This document shows, one piece after another, positions 8,864 through 17,681 of a stretch of DNA of 37,424 nucleotides. The stretch covers positions 1-37,424 of the forward strand of contig CALAHA010000220.1 of assembly GCA_937891565.1 (NCBI GenBank). Direction: 5' to 3'. The position numbers and the translations under genes were made by a program. How positions within the stretch are numbered: position 1 is the stretch's first letter; every line of letters starts with the position of its first letter. The notes under the pieces were generated by a model. The model saw nothing but the letters and a program-made list of their open reading frames with translations, was not told where the DNA came from and made no database searches. Source of the DNA: an uncultured Ilumatobacter sp. Its GTDB lineage: Bacteria > Actinomycetota > Acidimicrobiia > Acidimicrobiales > Ilumatobacteraceae.

Positions 8864-10100
8864 CGTGTCCGAGCTGCTGGTTAATCCACGTGCGCACCGA
8901 TTCGATACTCACTTCGTCAACGACCTGGTCGGCGAAGCCGTTGATCAGCAGCCGGCGAGCCTCGACAGCCGGAATGCCCCGAGAACGCATGTAGTACATC
9001 GCTGATTCGTCGAGCTGGCCAACCGTGGCGCCGTGCTTACAGGCAACTTCATCGGCGAGGATCTCGAGCCGTGGCTGAGTGTTGACCTCGGCACGATCGG
9101 AGAGAATCAGGTTCTTGTTCGACTGTTCTGCGTCGGTGCCGTCGGCGCCCCGAAGCACGTCGATACCGCCGTTGAATATTCCAGTGCTGGCGTCGTCGAG
9201 GACGCCGCGGTAGGTCTGACGACTCGTGCAGTCCTTGGCAGAGTGAACGACGTTGATCTGCTGATCGAGGACTTGGTCACCGAAACCAAAGAACAGGCCC
9301 GACAGGTCAGCGTGAGCGCCGGGCCCGGCGAGATGGACGCGGTACGCAACCCGGCCGTACGACGCCCCGAGGTTGAACGAGCGAGCCAGGAACCTGCTGT
9401 TGGCTCCCTGCGTGACATCGATGTTGCTGAGGTGCACGTGGCTTGCTGGCACGTTCTGCAGGAGCACGTGCTCGAGAGAAGCATCGTCAGCAACGGTGAT
9501 GGTCGTGCGGATGTTTGAGCCGCCGAAGTCGGCACCGACACCAATGCGGGTCTCGACGATCGTGGCAGAACTACCCGCGCCCATCTCGATCACCACACCG
9601 GTACACGATGCGTTGCGAGTTTCGTCAGGCACCTCGACGTCAACGATGTGAATCGGTACGTCGAGCGTCACGCCAGCGTCGAGTCGCACGACAGCACCGT
9701 CGCCGCCGAATGCGAGGTTGAGCGCCATGTAGGCATCGCTGATCTGGCTCTCGACCCGATCGAAATGAACTTCGAGCCGATCAGGTTGTTCCCGACGGGC
9801 GTCGAGCAGGCTCGACAGATGGAGACCCGTCGGGCCGGTCATTGTGGAAAGTTCGGTGTTGACGACGCCATTGACCACGACGATGCGGGGACCGTCGAGG
9901 GCAGGGATCAGCTCGCTGATGTCGGGGACATTCGTCGTCAGCGCGACCGGTGGCCCGAATGACAACTCAGCGAGCTTTTTGTGGGGCGCGTAGCGCCAGG
10001 CCTCGTTACGTCGCGTCGGGTACCCGCTCGACTCCACCCAATCGAGGGCGGCCGCTCGGCCCGTGACTACCGGATCGATCGCCGTTGGCGTCGCTGTCAC
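8853..10100 (-). CDS. sufD: Fe-S cluster assembly protein SufD
   Basis: PTRRNEAWRY, PRLEILADEVACKHGATVGQLD, YYMRSRGI. The GTG start overlaps the sufC stop (GTGA). Confidence 0.95.
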   Translation of the reverse strand: MTATPTAIDPVVTGRAAALDWVESSGYPTRRNEAWRYAPHKKLAELSFGPPVALTTNVPDISELIPALDGPRIVVVNGVVNTELSTMTGPTGLHLSSLLDARREQPDRLEVHFDRVESQISDAYMALNLAFGGDGAVVRLDAGVTLDVPIHIVDVEVPDETRNASCTGVVIEMGAGSSATIVETRIGVGADFGGSNIRTTITVADDASLEHVLLQNVPASHVHLSNIDVTQGANSRFLARSFNLGASYGRVAYRVHLAGPGAHADLSGLFFGFGDQVLDQQINVVHSAKDCTSRQTYRGVLDDASTGIFNGGIDVLRGADGTDAEQSNKNLILSDRAEVNTQPRLEILADEVACKHGATVGQLDESAMYYMRSRGIPAVEARRLLINGFADQVVDEVSIESVRTWINQQLGHDDG

Positions 10101-10879
10101 GACTGTGCTCCGGCAAACGATTGCTCGGCCGCGTCGCCGAGGTCAGTTTCGAAGTCGGCGTAGCCGTTGGCTTCGAGATGCAGGGCCAGCGTGTGGTCAC
10201 CCGACTTGACGATGCGTCCGTCGACGAGCACGTGGACGAAGTCGGGCTTGATGTAATCGAGCAGCCGTTGGTAGTGAGTGATCACGATCATCGAACGTTC
10301 TGGGCTGCGCAGCGCGTTGACACCGCCAGCGATGATTCGCAGCGCATCGATGTCGAGGCCGGAGTCGGTCTCGTCGAGGATTGCGAGGCGCGGTTCCATG
10401 ATGGCCATCTGGAGAATTTCGTTGCGCTTCTTTTCACCACCGCTGAAACCAGCGTTGACCGAGCGATACAAGAAATCTTCCTTCATCTCGACGAGGTCCA
10501 TTGCCTTCTTGGACACGTTGAGGAAGTCACGTGCTCCGACTTCGGTCTCGCCGCGCGCTCGCCGCACCGAGTTCAGCGCTGTTCGCAAGAAGTACATGTT
10601 GTTCACGCCGGGGATCTCGACCGGGTACTGGAACCCCATAAAGACACCTGCAGCGGCGCGCGCTTCGGGTTCCATATCGAGGAGATCTGCTCCGTCGAGG
10701 GTGACTTCGCCAGTGATGTCGTAGCCATCGCGCCCGGCAAGGGTGTGCGCAAACGTGCTCTTGCCCGAGCCGTTCGGGCCCATGATTGCGTGGACTTCGC
10801 CCGCGCCGACATCGAGGTTGAGACCGTTGAGGATCTGTTTGTCACCAATGGCGGCGGTGAGGTTGTTGACGTGCAGCAT
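10097..10879 (-). CDS. sufC: Fe-S cluster assembly ATPase SufC
   Basis: Walker A GPNGSGKST, FQYPVEIPGV, FSGGEKKRNE, LDETDSGLDID, ITHYQRLL. Confidence 0.98.
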   Translation of the reverse strand: MLHVNNLTAAIGDKQILNGLNLDVGAGEVHAIMGPNGSGKSTFAHTLAGRDGYDITGEVTLDGADLLDMEPEARAAAGVFMGFQYPVEIPGVNNMYFLRTALNSVRRARGETEVGARDFLNVSKKAMDLVEMKEDFLYRSVNAGFSGGEKKRNEILQMAIMEPRLAILDETDSGLDIDALRIIAGGVNALRSPERSMIVITHYQRLLDYIKPDFVHVLVDGRIVKSGDHTLALHLEANGYADFETDLGDAAEQSFAGAQS

Positions 10880-12322
<1,443 letters not shown>

Positions 12323-12331
12323 CAGAAATCG

Positions 12332-12598
12332 TCACCCTTCGACATCGATGAAGATGCATTCGCCGGGACATTCTTCAGCGGATTCGATGACGCTCTCGAG
12401 GCCGCCATCCGGGATACGCGCCATGCCCTCGGCTCCTGCCGGGTTGGCGGTGCCGTCGAACAATTTTTCAGCGCCGAAATTTGAAGCGGTCTCTTTGACA
12501 TAGAAAAGACCGTCGTCCATTCCGAAAAAGACGTCGGGTGCGATCTCCTCGCAGAGGCCGTCTCCGGTGCAGAGATCCTGATCGATCCAAACCTTCAT
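12332..12598 (-). CDS. Single-cluster ferredoxin (CxxDxxC...CP)
   Basis: CTGDGLC...EECPGECI. AAGGAG RBS upstream. First gene of the suf operon. Confidence 0.93.
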   Translation of the reverse strand: MKVWIDQDLCTGDGLCEEIAPDVFFGMDDGLFYVKETASNFGAEKLFDGTANPAGAEGMARIPDGGLESVIESAEECPGECIFIDVEG

Positions 12599-12703
12599 GG
12601 GGGGCTCCTTTCGACTGGCCTACCTCAGGGGCTGACCAGACCTTGTGTGAGCGGAGACTGTGTCGCCGCTGATTGAATTTCTATCGACTTTTGGACAATT
12701 TTG

Positions 12704-12729
12704 CAACATACACCTTGCGCAATTGCGCA
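12704..12729. promoter_or_regulatory. Candidate SufR operator: CAAC-N6-CTTG (12704-12717) overlapping the perfect palindrome TGCGCAATTGCGCA (12716-12729)
   Basis: Seen directly in the AT-richer divergent fdx/sufR intergenic region. One mismatch to the cyanobacterial SufR site CAAC-N6-GTTG. Confidence 0.55.
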
Positions 12730-12751
12730 TAGTGCAACTCGTCGCTATGAT
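12723..12751 (+). promoter_or_regulatory. Putative sufR promoter TTGCGC-N17-TATGAT (leaderless)
   Basis: 17-nt spacing; the -10 ends 8 nt before ATG 12760. Confidence 0.55.
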
Positions 12752-12759
12752 TACCCAAC

Positions 12760-13401
12760 ATGAAGCATGCCGTTGATCTGTCGCCGACGCAGCGTCATGT
12801 GCTCGAAATCCTCAAACGTCACGGCGTAGCGACTCCCGACGAACTCGCAATTGCACTTGAGATTTCATCGAGTGCGGTCCGCCAGCACCTTGGCGCCCTC
12901 CGTACTGCTGGGCTGGTCACGTCGCACAAAGATCACGGGCATCCAGGCCGACCGGCAGAGCGGTATCGAGCGACGACGCTCACCGAGCCCCTCTTTGCCA
13001 CGGCTGCCGAAAGCCTACCTATCGAGCTCCTCGGGCACATGGAAGCCGAAGAGCCAGCCCTCATTGGCCGAGTCTTCGATCGTCGGCGGCACCGAATGGT
13101 CGATGTCGCCGAGCGTCGGCTTGCAGGCAAACCCGTCAACGAGCAGGTCGCCATCCTCACCGAACTGCTCGACGAGCAGGGCTACCTCGCCGACTTCGAG
13201 GCAGTCGCCGAAGGGCATTTTCGGATCAACCTCCACAACTGCGCCATCTGGGCCGTTGCGAACCAGTATCCGCAGGCCTGCGCCAGCGAACTCGACTACC
13301 TCCGCGACTTGATTCCTGAAGCAAATGTCCAACGGATCACCCACAAGACCAGCGGTGCGCACACCTGCGCATACGACATTCATCTCACACCTGATTCCTG
13401 A
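12760..13401 (+). CDS. sufR: SufR-like winged-helix Fe-S-sensing transcriptional regulator
   Basis: N-terminal HTH (AVRQHLGAL...GRP) and C-terminal Cys triad HNCAI...QACASE...TCAY. Divergent from sufBCD. Confidence 0.85.
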   Translation: MKHAVDLSPTQRHVLEILKRHGVATPDELAIALEISSSAVRQHLGALRTAGLVTSHKDHGHPGRPAERYRATTLTEPLFATAAESLPIELLGHMEAEEPALIGRVFDRRRHRMVDVAERRLAGKPVNEQVAILTELLDEQGYLADFEAVAEGHFRINLHNCAIWAVANQYPQACASELDYLRDLIPEANVQRITHKTSGAHTCAYDIHLTPDS

Positions 13402-13482
13402 CGCCCGCTTCGCACTCGCGAGGTTCAGCGTCGGACCCGGCAGCGCACGGAGCGCGCCGGCAGTCACGCTCGTCCAGCCATG

Positions 13483-13515
13483 GGATGAACACAAACTGGA
13501 TGAACACAAACGGGA
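13483..13515. repeat. 15-bp tandem repeat GGATGAACACAAAC(T/G) x2.2
   Basis: Read directly; lies between sufR and the tRNA terminator. Confidence 0.85.
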
Positions 13516-13548
13516 GCATCACCGGCAGGAAGGCCGACCCTGAGAACC

Positions 13549-13586
13549 ACAAAAGCCCTGGCAAGTCTTGCGACCTACCAGGGCTT
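13549..13586 (-). terminator. Intrinsic terminator downstream of the tRNA
   Basis: On the minus strand: AAGCCCTGG-TAGGTCGCAAGACTTG-CCAGGGCTT followed by TTGT, immediately after the tRNA CCA end. Confidence 0.8.
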
Positions 13587-13592
13587 CCTAAA

Positions 13593-13669
<77 letters not shown>

Positions 13670-13684
13670 GCGAACAGTGATGTC

Positions 13685-13713
13685 ATGATAGAGCCGTCGT
13701 ATTGCGAACACAA
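13685..13713 (-). promoter_or_regulatory. Putative tRNA promoter TTGTGT-N17-TATCAT
   Basis: Sigma70-like hexamers with 17-nt spacing, 15 nt upstream of the tRNA 5' end. Confidence 0.5.
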
Positions 13714-13830
13714 CCGGCCTCTGCAGAACCATGCCGCGAGCACCGCCCTCAGCCGAGCGGGCCCGTGCAGGGTGCTGTCAACACCGCCCCAACAGGCCCT
13801 CACCGCCGGGGAACCAGATACGTTGCTTGG

Positions 13831-14760
13831 GTGACCGCAACGACCCAAACCAGCGCCGACAGCACCGCTGCCAGCGAAACCCCACGCGGTTTACTCGGCG
13901 CCGGTATTGCCGTCACCGCATGGTCGACCGGAACAATCCTCGCGAAGTACCTCGATATGGATGCCTTGGCGATCGGTACCTACAGGTTCTTCGTCTTCTT
14001 CGTCGGCCTCACCTTCTACATGCGCGCCCGCGGTGTGCCATTCAAGATGCAGATCATCCGTAAGTCGATGTGGGGTGGCATCGCACTCGGCGCCGACATC
14101 GTGTTCTTCTTCTCCGCTATCAAGGAAACGAGCGTCGTCAACGCCACGACCATCGGCTCCCTGCAACCAATCTTGGTGGGCGTTGTCGCAGCTCGCTTCT
14201 TCGGTGAAAAGATCCGACTGCGCGACGCCCTCTGGTCACTTGTTGCCCTGGCTGGAGCGTTCGTGGTCGTCACCAGTTCGACAAGCAACGACGTCACCAG
14301 CTTGCGGGGCGACCTCCTCGCCGTCGCCGCCATGTTCTCGTGGAGCGCTTATTTCATCGCATCGAAGAATTCACGCTCGACAATGACATCGACCGAGTTC
14401 ACCGCCGGCACCTCGATATGGACGGCAGCAATCTGCCTCGTGATCGGGCTCCCGCTCGGCCAAGACCTCTCGTGGCCGAACGCTTCCAATTGGGGCTGGT
14501 TAATCCTCATGATCATCGGCTCGGGCATCGTTGGCCATTCACTGATGAACTGGTCGCTCCAGCGGATTCCGCTCTGGGTCGGTTCGACGTTCACACTCTT
14601 CATCCCCGTTGCCTCGGCCACCCTCGCGTGGATCATTCTCGGCGAGGCCGTCACTGCGTTGCAGGGCATCGCGATGGCCTGCGTAATTGGTGCGCTGGCA
14701 ATGATCGTGCGCGGCCAAACCAAAGCCCGTGTCAAAACTGCAGCAGGCTCAGCTGCATGA
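13831..14760 (+). CDS. DMT/EamA family transporter
   Basis: About 10 TM helices in two EamA repeats (LQPILV...FFGEKI; PVASATLAWIILGE). GTG 13831 is preceded by TACGTT at 6 nt. Confidence 0.9.
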   Translation: MTATTQTSADSTAASETPRGLLGAGIAVTAWSTGTILAKYLDMDALAIGTYRFFVFFVGLTFYMRARGVPFKMQIIRKSMWGGIALGADIVFFFSAIKETSVVNATTIGSLQPILVGVVAARFFGEKIRLRDALWSLVALAGAFVVVTSSTSNDVTSLRGDLLAVAAMFSWSAYFIASKNSRSTMTSTEFTAGTSIWTAAICLVIGLPLGQDLSWPNASNWGWLILMIIGSGIVGHSLMNWSLQRIPLWVGSTFTLFIPVASATLAWIILGEAVTALQGIAMACVIGALAMIVRGQTKARVKTAAGSAA

Positions 14761-15389
14761 TTGCCGTTGCGGGTGCCGAACTCCTCGGCTACGCAGCCTC
14801 AGCAATCGTCGTCACGTCGCTCACGATGAGTTCGGTCGTCCGCTTACGACTGCTCTCGTTCTGCGGCTCGCTCACGTTTTTCACCTACGGCTTCCTGATC
14901 GAGTCGACGCCGATCATGGTGACCAACATCGCCATCGCCGCCATCAACGTCTGGTTCCTGGCCAAAGAGTTCCGCTCCGGCGCCATCGATCTCGGCGTGT
15001 CCGACATCCGGGCCGACTCACCGTTCCTCCTCGACTTCATCCGCTTCCACACGAGCGACATTGGCACCTTCCAACCCGACTTTGCAATGCCCGTCGGCGA
15101 TGACGTCTTGGCCCTTCTCCTTACCCGCGACGGGTTGCCCGCCGGCGTGCTGATCGGGCATCAAAACGGCGACACACTCACCGTCGACCTCGACTATGTG
15201 CTCGCCGCCTACCGCGACTCACGGCTCGGCGACTGGCTCTACGGGCGAGGCTCGAACGTGTTCGGCCAACACGGCATCACGCAGCTTCGCGCCGAGGCAA
15301 CCACCGACATACACGATCGGTACCTGCACCGCATGGGCTTCAAACCAGCGCCAGCCGGCGACCCCGGCGACTTCATTCTCGCTTTGTGA
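14757..15389 (+). CDS. YgjV-like N-terminal membrane domain fused to a GNAT-like C-terminal domain
   Basis: LLGYAASAIVVTSLTMSSVVRLRLL...YGFLI...TN, then LDYVLAAYRDSRLG...YLHRMGF. ATGA overlap with EamA. Confidence 0.75.
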   Translation: MIAVAGAELLGYAASAIVVTSLTMSSVVRLRLLSFCGSLTFFTYGFLIESTPIMVTNIAIAAINVWFLAKEFRSGAIDLGVSDIRADSPFLLDFIRFHTSDIGTFQPDFAMPVGDDVLALLLTRDGLPAGVLIGHQNGDTLTVDLDYVLAAYRDSRLGDWLYGRGSNVFGQHGITQLRAEATTDIHDRYLHRMGFKPAPAGDPGDFILAL

Positions 15390-15414
15390 ACCGATTCGCC
15401 CGACCCGCAGGTAA

Positions 15415-16785
15415 CTATCCAATAACCGGGACCGACTTCATCGCTTCGGCAATGGCCTCGTCAGGCAGTTCGTAATCGACCATGTCGCCCGACAGGTACT
15501 TTTCGTAGCTGGCCAAGTCGAGATGGCCGTGCCCGCAGAGCGCAGTGAGGATGACCTTCTCTTCACCGCTTTCCTTGCACGCCAGCGCCTCGCGCACCGC
15601 AGCAGCGATGGCGTGGGTGGGCTCGGGAGCCGGGATGATGCCCTCGGCCTTTGCGAAGTCGAGGGCCGCAGCGAAGCACTCACGCTGCGGAATCGAGATC
15701 GCCTCAACGAGCCCTTCGTTGTAGACGTGCGAAACGAGCGGCGCCATGCCGTGATAGCGCAGGCCACCCGCATGGATTGGCTCCGGCACGAAGCTGTGGC
15801 CAAGCGTGTGCATTTTCATCAACGGTGTCATGCCAGCGCTGTCGCCGAAGTCGTAGCGGTACTCGCCCTTGGTGAGCGTCGGGCATGCCGCCGGCTCCAC
15901 GCAGCGGATGATCGGGTTCATCCGGCCAGCGAGCTTCTCGCGCAAGAACGGGAACGCCAGACCACCGAAGTTCGAACCGCCACCGGTGCAGCCAACGAGC
16001 ACGTCAGGCACCTCTTCGACCTTGGCGAGTTGCAACAAGGCCTCTTCACCAATGATCGTCTGATGCATCAACACGTGGTTCAGTACCGAGCCGAGCGCAT
16101 AGCGGGCGTTGGGGTCTTCCATACACATCGCCACCGCTTCGGAAATGGCGATACCGAGCGAGCCCGTGTGGTCGGGGTTTTCGGCAAGCAGCGACCGGCC
16201 GAATTCGGTCAGCTCGGACGGAGACGAGTGCAGGGTGGCGCCCCAGATTTCCATCATCGTCTTGCGGTGCGGCTTCTGCTTAAACGACGCAGCCACCTGC
16301 CAGATCTCACACTCCATCCCGTACTGGGCAGTGGCGAAGGCGAGCGCCGAACCCCACTGGCCAGCCCCGGTTTCGGTCGTGAGCTTCGTGATGCCCTCTT
16401 GATGGTTGTAGTACGCCTGCGGCACCGCAGTGTTCGGCTTGTGCGAGCCAGCCGGGCTGACGCCCTCGTACTTGTAGTAGATGCGTGCTGGGGTGTCGAG
16501 CATTGCTTCGAGGCGCTTCGCACGGAACAACGGACTCGGGCGCCACAGCTTGTAGACGTCAAGAACACCACCGGGAATGTCGATATATCGCTCGGTCGAA
16601 ACCTCTTGCTCGATGAGCGCCATCGGAAACAGCGGCGCGAAATCTTCGGGACCAGCCGGCTGATGCGTCCCCGGGTGGAGCGCCGGAGGCGGCGGCGTCG
16701 GTAGGTCAGCAACGATGTTGTACCACTGCGTCGGCATCTCTGATTCTTCGAGAAGGATCTTGTTTGGAGTTTCTTTGCCAGCCAT
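15415..16785 (-). CDS. trpB2: TrpB-like PLP enzyme (tryptophan synthase beta, type 2)
   Basis: GSHKPNTA (PLP Lys), TETGAGQWG, GSLGIAISEA, GGGSNF, HAGGLRYHG, PAPEPTHA. Long N-terminus with P..WYNI..DLP. Confidence 0.93.
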   Translation of the reverse strand: MAGKETPNKILLEESEMPTQWYNIVADLPTPPPPALHPGTHQPAGPEDFAPLFPMALIEQEVSTERYIDIPGGVLDVYKLWRPSPLFRAKRLEAMLDTPARIYYKYEGVSPAGSHKPNTAVPQAYYNHQEGITKLTTETGAGQWGSALAFATAQYGMECEIWQVAASFKQKPHRKTMMEIWGATLHSSPSELTEFGRSLLAENPDHTGSLGIAISEAVAMCMEDPNARYALGSVLNHVLMHQTIIGEEALLQLAKVEEVPDVLVGCTGGGSNFGGLAFPFLREKLAGRMNPIIRCVEPAACPTLTKGEYRYDFGDSAGMTPLMKMHTLGHSFVPEPIHAGGLRYHGMAPLVSHVYNEGLVEAISIPQRECFAAALDFAKAEGIIPAPEPTHAIAAAVREALACKESGEEKVILTALCGHGHLDLASYEKYLSGDMVDYELPDEAIAEAMKSVPVIG

Positions 16786-16821
16786 GACCCAACAGTAGTC
16801 AGCTATGTTTCAGAGTGGACC

Positions 16822-17637
16822 ATGGGACTCTTCCGGAAGAAAACCAACGAACCGAATCAGATCGACGTGCTCCGAGCCGAGATCGTCGACCTCAAACAGC
16901 GACTCGATGCGTCCGATCAGCAGAAGGCCGAGCTGCTCTCGATGGTCGGCACGGTCGATCAGACGAACTCGTTGCTGTACCAGCGGCTCGATTCGCTCGA
17001 TGTCGCCGGTGCACAACTCAACCAGCGAGTCGGCGCCGTCGATGATCGAGTCAGCCAGGTCGGCCAGGAGATCGGCGAAGTCGGTCACCGATTCGGTGCA
17101 GTCACCGAACTCTCCGGTCAGGTTCGTGCGCTCGCCGACCGGCTCGAGGTCGAGTCGAAGAAGGTTCCGGCGCTCCCACGACCAGACCTGCGCATCGACG
17201 CGCTCTTCACCCGCATCGACCAACTCGCTGACTCGATCACCGACCACGACGGACGCATCAATGCCGCACAAGCAGCCTTGAGCAATGCCGACGTTCAGAT
17301 GGTGCAAGATCAGGTCAGCCAAATGGCCGAGAAGATGTCAGCGCTCGACAACCGAATGAACAAGGTGTCTCTCGAATTGGCCAACCAGTTGACCGAGTTG
17401 AGCAACGATCTCGATGTGCTGCTCGATCAGGCCGACGCCGAAAAAACGCCGACAGCCGACGATACGGTCGCCGTGCAAGAACTCGTTGCCGAAGCAATCA
17501 GCTCAGTCCAGCGCAGCACCGAAAAGCTCGCTGCCGAACAGGCCCGATACGAGATTCAGTTCCGTGCCGATCTCGCCGAACTGGCCGAGCGCTTCCGCCG
17601 CCCGCTGAACTCGAACCAACGATCACCGAATCAGTAG
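16822..17637 (+). CDS. Hypothetical coiled-coil protein
   Basis: Heptad-rich acidic helical sequence with an MGLFRKK N-terminus; fills the gap between flanking genes. Confidence 0.8.
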   Translation: MGLFRKKTNEPNQIDVLRAEIVDLKQRLDASDQQKAELLSMVGTVDQTNSLLYQRLDSLDVAGAQLNQRVGAVDDRVSQVGQEIGEVGHRFGAVTELSGQVRALADRLEVESKKVPALPRPDLRIDALFTRIDQLADSITDHDGRINAAQAALSNADVQMVQDQVSQMAEKMSALDNRMNKVSLELANQLTELSNDLDVLLDQADAEKTPTADDTVAVQELVAEAISSVQRSTEKLAAEQARYEIQFRADLAELAERFRRPLNSNQRSPNQ

Positions 17638-17650
17638 GCGTCGAAACTCA

Positions 17651-17679
17651 CCGCCCGCCCGCCCCGGCAGGGCGGGCGG
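17651..17679. terminator. GC-rich hairpin between convergent genes (possibly bidirectional terminator)
   Basis: CCGCCCGCCC-N9-GGGCGGGCGG, a 10-bp perfect stem with no U-tract. Confidence 0.7.
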
Positions 17680-17681
17680 GG

